A stretch of DNA of 63,901 bases, the filler included, from Rhizaria sp. SCN 62-66 (taxonomy: Eukaryota), in NCBI GenBank assembly GCA_001724265.1. It is 3 parts of 3 records of this genome, joined end to end, with 100 filler letters (N's around TTAATTAATTAA, not from the genome) between each part and the next. Parts side by side here need not be neighbours in the genome. Positions count along the whole stretch, not along the records: positions 43,476 to 63,901 come from MEDY01000456.1; 2 more parts are not named here. The stretch is one strand, 5' to 3'. The translations under genes and the position numbers were made by a program. Shown here piece after piece: positions 47,652 to 58,836 of the stretch. Numbering within the stretch: position 1 is the stretch's first letter; each line of letters starts with the position of its first letter. The notes beneath the pieces are model-generated. The model was not told the DNA's origin, ran no database searches, and saw nothing but the letters and a program-made list of their open reading frames with translations.

Positions 47652-48272
47652 ATGCCTCCCAAGGCTTCCAACAAGGCCAAGACCCCCGCGAAGAAGGAGA
47701 CGCCGAAGAAGGCGGCGGCCAAGTCTTCTCCGGCGAAGAAGACCCCCGCCAAGTCCCCGGCCAAGAAGGCCGCGGCGGCGACGCCCCGCAAGACGCCCGC
47801 CAAGAAGGCGGCCGACGCCGACTCCGCCAAGCCGGTGAAGAAGTTTGAGCTCCCGGGCCAGAAGAAGGAGACGCCGCCCGAGCTGGACGTGCTGCGTATG
47901 TTCTACGAGTCCGCGTACAAGGAGAACCCCAACTCTGAGATGGCGGCGCGCTGGTGCGTCACCTATGGGCTGCTCCCGGCCAAGGTCGCCGAGCACTTCG
48001 TCGAGAAGGGCTACGGACACCTCAAGAACCCGAATGCCGCCAAGAAGTCCTCCGCAGCGGCCGCGGCGGCGACGGCGGCCGCGGCGGTGAAGCCGACGGG
48101 CAAGAAAGCCAAAAGTGCGTCGGGCAAGGCCGGCAAGGACGATGAGGACGAGGCCGAGGTGAAGCTCGAGGAGCCCAAGGCCGCCAAGGAGTCCAACTCC
48201 AACACGGCCACGCCGGCCAAGTCCAACGGCAAGAAACGACCGCAACTCGACAGCTCCGACAACGATGAGTGA
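47652..48272 (+). CDS. Small basic protein: histone H1-like K/A/P-rich N-terminus plus conserved uncharacterised domain
   Basis: TPAKK/SPAKK repeats. Core LPGQKKETPPELDVLRMFYESAYKENPNSEMAARWCVTYGLLP resembles an uncharacterised eukaryotic family recalled from plants and protists. Stop TGA. Confidence 0.8.
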   Translation: MPPKASNKAKTPAKKETPKKAAAKSSPAKKTPAKSPAKKAAAATPRKTPAKKAADADSAKPVKKFELPGQKKETPPELDVLRMFYESAYKENPNSEMAARWCVTYGLLPAKVAEHFVEKGYGHLKNPNAAKKSSAAAAAATAAAAVKPTGKKAKSASGKAGKDDEDEAEVKLEEPKAAKESNSNTATPAKSNGKKRPQLDSSDNDE

Positions 48273-49219
48273 ACGCCACGTCGGGAGACGACCGGGGCTC
48301 AGTGCAAGAGTGTTGCGAGAGACGATATAAACAATGACGCGCAGAAGCGGGCCTGCGAGAGATACAAAAGTGAACACGGCACGCGACGCATGCTGTCTGC
48401 GCGCGCCGATGCGAATTTTCGGACATAATATGAGTTTCAGCTTATACAGAATCCTTTACTAAATCTGTGTCTGCATTTGTCTTGATGCTCTTGTGTGCCG
48501 TTTCGCAACGTCACTCCCTCTGGGAGTGGTCTTGGATCTTATGCCTACCACTGCATCATGACTCATGTATAAGTTAAACAGGTATAAATACAAGTTGAAC
48601 CGGTGTATTATGGTATTGTTCTTATTTTCAGTTTGTAACATTTTGAAAACAATCCGAAGGTATGACTGTAGAAGTTATACTGCAGCGCTGACCACACGCT
48701 CTTCGCATGCCATCGCTGAAGTGTCGCCCCGTCGCCTTATGACCTACTGATAAGAATCGACTTTGCGCCAGCCTAATGCACGTGGACCGAATGACAGTTC
48801 AAGCCCCAGAGTGATACTGTGCTCTTGCTCTCTATTTATTTAGCCTGATCTTGGATGACGATCCCATCGCTTCGTTTAATGCCTCGCGTGGTCGACTCGA
48901 AGCTGGGACCAGCTCGTATCCAAGCGCGATGACCACCCCTGCCTCTACCATCTCTTCCCCTGGCTGAAGCGCCGAGTAACTGTTGTCTCGGGATTGCATT
49001 GGTGGTGTTTTTTCTATTCAATTTGTTTTCTGACGCTGTTGCGCTCATGGTGATCTGAGAATCTGCTTGGAATGCGCAGTAGACGTCACCCTCACAGCTC
49101 CCCCCATTCAACCGACCTCTCACATCCTCACTTTGTGTCTTCAATATCATCCTTCTCGCCCTCACTTTCCCACACCCGACTGCCTTCCCCACACCCGACT
49201 GCCTCCGCGCGCACAGCTC

Positions 49220-49888
49220 ATGTCTTCCGCTGCTCCCGCCGCCGAAGGCAACCAGGGCTGCGGCCCGTGCAAGTCCGCCGCCTTCCGCGGCACCGTGCGC
49301 ACGCTCGCCGTCGCGACCTCGATCGCCGTCGTCGTCGTCTCCATCTTCGGCCTCCTCGGCGCCGGCGTCAACATCAAGGCCGTCATCGCCTGCGTCTACC
49401 AGGTTTTCCTCGGCCTCATCCTCCTCCTCTCTGAGCTCAAGTTCAAGGTCGCGCTCAAATGGTTCCGCTTCGCCGCGCCCTACCGCGGACTCGGCGGGCT
49501 CTACCTCTTCATTGCCATCTTCACCATCCAGGAGGGCACGTGGTGGCAGATCCTCGTCGCGGCCGCCTGCGCCGTCGTGGGCGTGCTCTACTGCGCCTTC
49601 GGCTTCGCCGGCATGGACCGCGGCCTCAACATGGCCGAGATCGACGGCTTCGACGAGCGCGCCGAGGCCCAGAAGTACGCCGTCAAGAAGGCTGGCGAGA
49701 TGAACACCGCTGAGAACCGCGCCGTGGTGGCCGACCAGGCCACCAAGGCCGCCGCTGCGTCGCTCGCCGCCGACAACCACGGCGCGGCGCAGAACGGGAG
49801 CCGCCAGCCGCTGGTGGACAACCCGTTCGAGAACGACAACCCTTTCGAGTCGGGCAACAAGGTCCGCGGCGGTGGCGCCTACGCGTAA
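49220..49888 (+). CDS. COPI-associated / TVP15-like Golgi membrane protein
   Basis: About four hydrophobic segments with LILLLSEL...WFRF...YRGLGGLYLF pattern. C-terminal DNPF-E-N-DNPF. Stop TAA. Confidence 0.7.
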   Translation: MSSAAPAAEGNQGCGPCKSAAFRGTVRTLAVATSIAVVVVSIFGLLGAGVNIKAVIACVYQVFLGLILLLSELKFKVALKWFRFAAPYRGLGGLYLFIAIFTIQEGTWWQILVAAACAVVGVLYCAFGFAGMDRGLNMAEIDGFDERAEAQKYAVKKAGEMNTAENRAVVADQATKAAAASLAADNHGAAQNGSRQPLVDNPFENDNPFESGNKVRGGGAYA

Positions 49889-50324
49889 GAGGAAGCTCAA
49901 TTCGCGCAACTACAAACGCGCGTGCCTGTGCGCACTCCAAGCTGAGTAATAGCAGTAGTAGAGCGCAATGTGTGTGCGGTGTGTTGATCGGAGCCTCTGC
50001 TGTCGCTACTGTGTGTGTGCCTCTGAAAGGCGCGTAACAGTGCGTAACTTTGCCCCACCCTTTTATATTTTGTTGTCAGTTCTCCTTTTTCGTTTTTAAA
50101 TTTGTTTTACAATGTCATGTTACGAGTGATAGCTATAAATACGGCTTACTTTAGTTACGTGCTACAATACATCACGTTTTATCGTTTTTAAGTGCTTTTG
50201 TGGTCACGCCTACCAATCCTGAGAATCATGCCCGCCAGAGTCGAGACCTGTTGGAGAAGTGTATCTCGCTCAAAAGTCCGTTAAACAGCCAGAAACGCAT
50301 ATACCCAGTGATCCCGCGAAGGGA

Positions 50325-52433
50325 ATGTCATATTCTTCAAATAATAATCGCGCAGGTGCTGCTGGTGGGGCGGGACACGCCCCTCAGCGCGCCGTTAGTG
50401 CAGCCAACCAGCCTCTGCTTGACGAGTTGGGCACTTGGTTTGCGATCGAGGACTCGCGCGGCAACAACCACATGCTCACGTCTATCCGCAAGGTACGCAT
50501 GGATTCTACCTTTTACTCGCAGTATATCCCTTCACTTCAAGAATTCATGGCTACATCTACATTCTTAGGAACTTCTGACCGTTGATGGTTCTCACTCCCT
50601 CCTTAACTTCTCTTACACGGTCTGCTCTCTTTGCACTTCAACTCCATTGCTCTCTCAGACAATGGCCGGTGTGGCCGCCTTTGCGACGCCAATTACAGAC
50701 GGCCGCCAGTGCGCGTCGCTCGACGGCGTGGGCCCGCACACGGCGGCCAAGGTCACCGAGATCCTCAAGATCCTGGGCCTCTACGTGTCCGTATCTGCGG
50801 GGCCCTCGCTGACGACACCGCCGCGCCCGGCCGACGCGGCCCGCGCCACCGCGTCTACGCTCTCACTGGACGAGCTGGAGCGCGCGCACCCGGCCAGCGC
50901 GGCCAACGCGCCGCTGCTGCGCGTCGTCGTGTCGTGGCTGCGCGCCGCCACCGCGGCTGCCGCGACGGGCGCCGCGCTGGCCGCCGGCTGTAGCGCGCGC
51001 ACACTGCGCGTCGCGGCCGAGTCCGTCCGGCGCTACCCGGTCCCGCTTGTGCCCGAGGATGCGCGGTGCCTCAACGGCGTCACGGCACAGCTCGCCAAGC
51101 GCATGAGCGCGTTCCTCACTGACGGCGTCGGGGCAAGGTTCGTGAAGCTTATTTCTTTAATCAGTCGCTGTTCTATATTTTAGAGTATTTTATTGTTTAA
51201 TTTAATGAAAACTGCCTTATTTTAAAGATATTTTCCGCACTCTTGATATATCCCGACTTTTACCACCTTTGCACGACTGCATGTTAGGCGTGAGGCTGCA
51301 CTAGTCGGGCTCGCAAGCAAGGCCACCGGGGCCCCTGTCCCTGCGCCTGTGCCTGCTCCCGCGCCTGGCTCCGCGGCCGCCGCCGTTGCTGCTGCTGTGG
51401 GGGCACCTGCTGCGGCTGGAGTGGTGCCGCTGTCAGTGCAAGTGAAACAACAGTAGATTTACGAGCAAATTCAGCAACGGCAGTACCAGCAACAACTAAG
51501 GCAACAACAACAACAGCAGCAGTACAAAGACGAGGAGGGCGACAACTACGAGTGGATGTACGATTATGACGATGAGCAACCTAAGGCCGCCGCCGCCGCT
51601 GCTGCCGCTGCCGCCGCTGCCGCGGCCGACGCCGCCGCGGCCGCTCCTGCTGCTGGCGGAAACCGCGGCCGCAAGCGCACGGCGCCCGATTCCCCGGCCG
51701 CCGTGAAAGCCTCCCCCGGCCGGGCTAACACCAACGCGAGCGCCGTGGCCGTAGCCGCCCCGGGCCTCGCCCCCGCGCCGTCCGACCCTGCGGCCGACGC
51801 CGCGGCGGCCGCGGTGGCGTCCGGCCCCGGGGGCTCACGTGTGGTGCACCCCAAGTCGTTTCCGCCGCTCAAGTACATGCCGAAGCCTGCGTCGGGCGGC
51901 TACGCGCTGCTGATCGCGCTGTGGGAAGGCACGGCGGCGGCCTGGGAGCAGTGGACGCAGCGCCACAACGCGCCCGGCACAGAGGCCACGGCGCCTCTGC
52001 GCTGGTCGCGCGAGGTCCAGGGGTTGCCGTCGCTAACGCCTGCCGAGGCCGCCGCCGCGCTGCCGCCGCCGCCGCCGGGCGCGCGGAAGCCGCGGCGGCC
52101 GACCAAGGCCGAGATCAAGGCGGTTGGGCTAGCCACGCTCGAGATCTCCCCGCGCTTCAAGTACTACATGACCAGGCAGGCGCTGTTGTCGACCGCGCCG
52201 CGCTGGTGCCCGGGCGTGTGGCGCGCAAACGCAGCCGAGCGCTACACGGCCTGGTCCGCCATGGCGATGCTTGTTCGCAAGCGCTACGTCGTGTCTTACT
52301 ACCCGGCGGGCGCCTACTACATGGCTTACCAGCTCACGCCCGCCGGTGCCGTCGTGGCCAAGAGCCTGTGGCGCGCGGCGCACCCCGGCCGCGAGGCGCC
52401 CGCGCCGCGCTTTCGCGCGGGCGCGCACGGCCG

Positions 52434-52467
<34 letters not shown>

Positions 52468-55400
52468 CATAATGACGACGCGGGGGGCGAGGACGGAGAG
52501 GACCTGGCGGCCGTGCTGCAGCGGCAGCAGGCGCTGGCACACGCCAACCCCGGCGCGGGCCAGCAGGGCGCTATCGCGCGCGCCTACGACCGCAAGCGCG
52601 GCCGCCTCAGCTTTGGCGGCGGCGGCTACGGCGGGGCCAGGGCCGGCGGCGGCGGCCTCAGCCCCGGGCGGGCGCTGGCACTGGGCGGTCTCGGCCTCGG
52701 TCTCGGTGGTGGACTCGGACACGGGCTTGCGATGTCAGGCGGCAACGATGGCGCTAACGCCGGTGCTAAAGCGGGTGGTGGCCTCAGCGCCGAGCGCATC
52801 CAGTTGCTCACGAGTGCGGGTATGGGTCTGGGCATGGGCGTCGTCCCCAATCACGGCAACCGGAAGAGCGGCAACAGCTTTGCCGGTGGTTTTGCCGGCC
52901 TGGGCAAGGGCCACGTGCTGGGCGACGAGCCTCTCCCCCCAGCCCGCGGCCCCGGCGTCTCTCCGGTGCGCAGTCTCGCGGCGGCGGCCTCTCGTGCCCA
53001 TGGCCAGCAGCCGCTGTGGATGCAGCAGCAGCAGCAGGCACATGCGGCGCAGGCCGACGCCCGCGCGAACGCGCACGCCGAGGCCATCGCGGCCAAGATG
53101 GAGGCGATCACTGACGCGCACAACAGGCTTAAGGCCGACGTTGCAGCTGCTGCAGCCGCTGCGGCCGACAAGAAGCTCTTTGGGCCCGCGATCGCCTCGG
53201 ACTCTGTCTCTGCTCCATCGCTTGCGCCTGCGAGCTCCAGCGCTGCTGCTGCTGCTTCTTTGAAGGATGATTTCATTGAATATGACATCGACGACGATGA
53301 CGATGACGATGACGACGACGTGGGCGCCATCTTTTGCGCCATCGAGGACGATGACTTTGGCAGCGCCGAGGACGCGTACGGCAACGACCACCTGCTTGAC
53401 TACGACGACTACGTCGACAACGACAGCGACGCCTACGACGACGACCATTAGCTCGACTCGACGGGCTCGAAGAAGCGCCAGAACAAGACGCCGCGCGCCT
53501 CTCAGAATGCCGGCTCTAGTGCAAGTGCGAATGTGAGTGTATTTAACGTTGACGATGACGACGATGACGACGACGATCTCGAAGCTGTGCTGGTCGCTAT
53601 TGCGAAAGCCGAGGAAAACTACCGTCTCTCGCAGCAACAGCAGTATTCTTCTCGATACGGCAGCGGCAACAACAGCGATATTCAAATCCTCGGTGACGAC
53701 GATGGCGATGACGACTATCATTACCCGCAGCAGCAACGCCCCCGACAGCCGCCCGCATCCTCATCCTCCGCCTCAGCCTTAGCCCCCGCCTCCGCTTCCT
53801 CAAGCGACCGCTCGCTGGGGCGGTCGCCGAGCTTCTCCGAGGGCGCCGCGGCGGCTGCGGTGGCCGCCGACTGCAGTCTCGACGACGCGTTTAAACTCAT
53901 CTCGGCCGCGGAGGCCAAGGCGGCGGCCGCGGTGGACGTTGCTGCCGCCCCCGTCGCGAGTGTCAGTCGAAGCAACAGCGGCGGCAACGCCGCGCGGCGC
54001 AGCGAGGAGGACGAGGAGGAGGACCTGCAGCGCGCGCTGGCTGCCGTCGCCAAGGCCGAGGCGGAGGCCGAGCAGGCTGCGGCGGCGGCCGAGGCTGAGG
54101 CTGCTGCAATTGCCAGGGCCGTGGCCTTGGCTGATGCTGAGGAGGCCGAAAAGGCCGCAGCCAAAGCCAAAGCCCTGGCCAGTGCGAGCGCTGCCTCTCC
54201 TGCTCCTCGTATGAGTGCAAGTACGAGCACGGACGCGCGGAATGGTGCTGCAAACATTAGCGATGGCAGTGGTAATGACAGTGATTTCTCCATTGTTGAG
54301 ATTGTTTCATCTTCCTCATCATCATCGTCCTCTTCAGCGTCTTCAACGTCGTCTTCTTCAGCATTCGCGTCGAAACATGAGTTCAAGAGGTCGAACGATG
54401 ACTCGAGCAAGAGCAGTGCGAATACTGCGCCTGCTTTTGCTGCTGTTACTGCTACAACTGCGAGCCGCGATACGATGAATGACAGCGACGTCATCGTGCT
54501 CTCCGACACCAGCGCAGCCAACACGACTTGCGACAAAGACGACGACACCTATAGCTGCAGCCACAACCACAACAACGATGACGACGGTTATAACAACTAC
54601 GACTACGATAACTACTTGCTTGACGAAAGCTACAGCAACAGTACCAGCGCTCTCAACGACAGCAACGCTGGTGCCTACATTCACAGCAATGACAACAACA
54701 GCAGCAACAACAGCAGCAGCAGCAGCTCAGGGAGAACTGTGAGCGACAATACCCTTACGAGTGACAGTGCTGCCGGCGCAGCTTCTGCTGCTGCTGCAGC
54801 TGCGGCTTCGTCTTACAACGACTCCAAATCTAAGTATGATTACGACGACGATGACGGTGCCATTGATCTCTCTTGCTCGCAATCCTCGTCGTCATCGTCT
54901 TCATCGTTATTCTCTGCCTTTGTGCTTGCGTCAAAGACGACGCATGCATCAGAATCATCAGCAACAGTATCGGCATCGGCATCATCGTTGCGGCTTGCCA
55001 CGAACGCCAGTCTAAGCACCCCCATAGACACCGACGCAACCGCAGACTATGACGCCACCGCACTGCTCTTATTTCTCAGCGACCACAATAGCGCCGCCGC
55101 CGCAGCCCCGGCCCCGCTCGCTCTCTCCCGCGCCACACACCAGCAGCAGCGTCAGCAGCAGCAACGCTCGCAAGAGCAGCCCCCATCGGCGTCGCCGCTG
55201 CTGCTGTGCCCGCCGCCTCCGTACAAGCCGACGTTCATGGGCCCCCCGCCGTCGCTGTCGTCGGCCCCCGTGGCGGGCGCCTTCTCGCTCGCGCACTTCG
55301 ACATCGTGCTGCTGCTCGACCTCCGCGAGTCCTACTCGGGGCCTAACTCGGACGCTTGGCGCGCTGCGCAGAACCCCGCGCGCCGCGGCGGCCGTGGCGG

Positions 55401-56718
55401 CGCTGGCGCAAGCGGACGCGGCGGCCGCGGCGGTGCTTCTGCTGGCGGCGCCGGCGGCGGAGGCGGCTCGGGTGGCGGCGACCGGTCCCGCACGGCCGTG
55501 GAGGCGCTTGCGCGGATGCTCGCATCGCCGTCGCTGCGCGTCGAGGTCTCCACGCTGGCGCTGGGCGACGTGCTCTGGGTCGCTGAGCACCGCGCAACTG
55601 GCCGCCGCTGGGTACTGGACTGCGTGCTGGAGCGCAAGATGACGGCGGACCTGGTCGAGTCGATCCGCGACGGGCGCTACCACGAACAGCGCGACAGGCT
55701 GCGCGCTTCGGGGCTGCGCCGCGTCACCTATCTCATCGAGGGGCCAATCAAGGGCGAGAAAGGCCCCACGCTGCCGCGCTCCTCCACCGCCCACAGCGGC
55801 GGCGGCGGCGGGGGCAACGCGGCGGCTGGGGCGGCTGGCTGGAAGCCCGACTTCGGCAGCAAAGCCTTTTGGGCCAACAAGAACAAGCTCAAAAAAGCTG
55901 CCGCCGCCGCCGCGGTCAACGGCGCGAGCGCGGGCGGCATCGGCCCGCAGTCTGCGCTAGCGGCGCCGGGCGCGGACGCGGGGCTGGACCCGCTGCTGCC
56001 CAGCAACGGCGCCGCGGGCTTAGGCGGCTCGGGCGCCGCGGGCTCCGGCTTCCGACTCATCGACACGGCCGCGCTGGAAACCGCGCTGGCGACACTCGAG
56101 ACGTGCTTCGGCTTCGCGGTCTACAACAGCAGCGGCTTCGACGACACCAAGGCCTTTCTCGCGACCGTGCACGCCGAGCTCACGGCGTGGTACGGTGCGC
56201 CGGAGGTTGCGCGCCGCGTGCGGCTGCAGGACCCCGCCAGCTTCAGCCTCAGCCCCGTCGCGAAAGGCTCTACTGCAACAGCGGCGACGGCGGCGGCGGA
56301 GTCGGCTGCGATCCGCGGTGAGGGCGAGCTGTTGGAGGCGTTCAACGCGCGCATGCGCAAGCGCGGGCAGTTTTCGCACGCGACGCTGTTCCTCTCGCAG
56401 CTGCGGCAGGTCAAGGGCGTCGGCCCCAGCCAGGCTGCGGCGCTGGCGCGGCGCTTCCGCACCCCGGCGCGGCTGGCGGCCGCGCTCGAGGCCTGCGCCA
56501 CGCCGCGCCTGGCCGACGCCATGCTCGTAGAGGTCTGCGCGGCGGCCGCAGCGGCGGGCGAGCGCGCGGCCAAGAAGCTGGTGCCCGCGGCCGCGGCGCG
56601 CGTGCGCGAGGTGTGGATGGAAGCGAGCTACGCGAGCGCGCCAGCACAAGGACCTGCGACACAGAGGACTGTCACGATGGAGCCTGATATCGACGAAGAT
56701 GATTACGTTTTCGAGTGA
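50325..56718 (+). CDS. MUS81: Crossover junction endonuclease MUS81 (~2025 aa); exons 50325-50492, 50659-51137, 51288-56718; two in-frame TAGs (51454-51456, 53449-53451)
   Basis: N-terminal HhH (NQPLLDELGTW...SLDGVGPHTAAKV), winged helix (YMPKPASGGYALLIALW...YTAWSAMAMLVRK...YQLTPAG), ERCC4 nuclease (LLLDLRE...LGDVLWV...VLERKMTADLVESIRDGRYHEQRDRL...YLIEG) and C-terminal HhH (QLRQVKGVGP). All colinear in one spliced frame. Stop TGA. Confidence 0.92.
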
Positions 56719-57037
56719 TTTTTTGTTATAACAAGTATATTTGTTTATTATATAGTCTAATAGCGAGTTGATTTGCATACATAGAATTTTCAAGTCAGTC
56801 GATGTTCAAATGTCCCCTTTCGCGTGTTCCTCTCCTCCGCGCACCGCAACGAATCTTCAAAGCTTTGAAAATGGGCGGTAAAAAACGTCAACCTGCCCTA
56901 TAAGACGTCCGTTAATAGATGTGATGCCGCGTATCCTAACATTTCATATGTGTTTTGACATTATATCAAATTATTACCTTCATTTCACCCTGTTAATTTG
57001 TTGAAAATACCTCTTTTGATTTCACAGACTCCTCAGT

Positions 57038-58509
57038 ATGCCCCCTAAGAAGCGCGGAAACAATAACAACAATAAGAACGCGTCCTCGGCTGCTTCTGAT
57101 GACTCGATCTTTGCCACGCCGCCCGCCCCTGCGCCTGTTGCTGGTCCCACCGCTGCGGCCCCCGTCGCTGCGCCCCAGGCCGCTTTGACGTCCTCGTCGT
57201 CCTCCGCCGCGGGCGATTCCGCCGCCGACGCCGACGCTGAGGCCGCGGCCGCCACGGACGACACTGCTGAGCCTGCCCCGCGCGTGCGCACAGCCGAGGA
57301 GGAGCGCGAGCGCGAGCTGACCGCCACGCGCCAGAAGTTGCTGTCGGACCTGCGCCGCCTGGAGGCGATCGAGGGCGCCAACGCCCCCTCGGTGCTGCCC
57401 GGTTTCGACCCTGCGGCGTCGCGCAAGCACCAGTACAACGTCGCTACCACGCCCATCTTCAAGGCCGCGGGCGCGGAGGCGCAGCTGAAGCTCGCGCTTG
57501 CCGCCGTGGAGCGCTTTGTAGACGCCGCGGCCGAGGGCAAGGCGCGCGAGGCGTACTGGCAGTCCCGATGGCAGCGCGCCACGCGCATCTCCCAGCTCAC
57601 CGACCAGGTACGCAGGCAAATCATCGCAATACGGCGAACGCATAAAATATGATCATATAGCGTTGTGTGTTCAATGATAAGTGGATGATGTATGCTCTTA
57701 TTCTTTTGACTTGATGAACCTATCTCTCTCACAACGACTTCTTGTTGCTCATTTTGCAACCATGCACGCGCCGACTCACGCACGCACGCACATTCACACA
57801 GACTCTGGCGGACATGTCGAAGAACACGTCCGCGCTGTCTGCCATCTACGACGACTCGACGGCGGCTATGCGCGCACAGCTGGCGGCCGAGCGTGCGCGC
57901 AACGACGACCTGCAGGCGAAGCAACAGGCGATCCTGCACACGATCGACACGCAGGTTGCCGACATGCTCTCCAAGCAGCGGCTGCTGCTCGAGGAGAACG
58001 ACTCGCTGCGCGCGAAGCTGACGCAGGCGCTGGACGCGAGCCAGAAGCTGCAGCATGCGAGCCAGCAGGTTGAGCGCGCCTACGTCGCCGAGCGCGCGTC
58101 GCTGGCCGACTCGCTGGAGCAGGCCGCCGTGCTCGTCAAGGAGGAGCGCGCGAAGCGGCTCGCGAGCGAGGATGCGCACCGCGGGGACCTGCAGGGCTTT
58201 AGCGCGCAGTTCAAGGAGCAGGTGCGCGTGATGGAGGAGGCGCGCAAGACGGGCGAGCGCAAGGACAAGGTGCTGCGCGAGTGCCAGGAGACCTTCCAGG
58301 CCAAGCACGCGCTCGACGAGAAGCGCATCACAGAGCTATCGCTCAAATACGCCGAGCTCACGAAGCAGCACGAAAAGCTTAAGGTGGTCTTCGCGGCCTC
58401 GCTCAAGAAGCAACAGCAGCAGCAGCCGGGGACCGACGCGGCGGCTGCGGAGGCAGCGCCGGAACAGGCTGCCGAGTCTGCGGAGACTGCTGCTGCGGCT
58501 GCTGAGTGA
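57038..58509 (+). CDS. Coiled-coil protein (weakly taxilin-like); exons 57038-57607, 57802-58509
   Basis: Phase-0 intron GTACGC...CACAG joins QLTDQ to TLADMSK. Heptad-rich C-terminal half. Stop TGA. Confidence 0.75.
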
Positions 58510-58836
58510 TTGCGGAGTGTGTACGTAGTGGACTGACATTTTTTATGTGTGTCATCAGAAAGACACGCTCTGTGAGCGTTGCTTATGTTTTTGAATGACT
58601 TCGCGTGGTTCGAAGTTCCTTTTGTTATCCATAACAATCCAAAAATACAGGCCAATACCATTGACTTGAATACGGTTTGAAAAACAGCTAAATAGTGTAT
58701 TGGATACTCTACATAAGATATATCGTTTTCTCGAACTACTGTCGATGAAACTAAGTAAAATAAAGATGAATGGAAAACCAATCTCTCTGTTCAGAGTGGC
58801 TGTAACGTCTTGTAATAGTTCTTTTTGTTGACGTCC

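Noticed and set aside
35785-53451. TAGs as acceptors of ~15-nt micro-introns (a GT lies 15 nt upstream at 35785, 36448 and 51454)
   Set aside because: The pattern fails at the other four sites and is impossible at 19832, where the TAG abuts a donor. The putative donors do not match the local GTACG consensus, and the spans read as ordinary codons. Not formally excluded without RNA-seq.
19832-53451. Pyrrolysine insertion or programmed readthrough at UAG
   Set aside because: The genes are eukaryotic and intron-containing, no pyl genes are seen, the sites are in variable linkers rather than active sites, and there is no shared downstream motif.
50325-56718. MUS81, ACAD and others as pseudogenes
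   Set aside because: The only lesion type is TAG. There are no frameshifts or internal TAA/TGA over thousands of codons, and catalytic motifs are intact.
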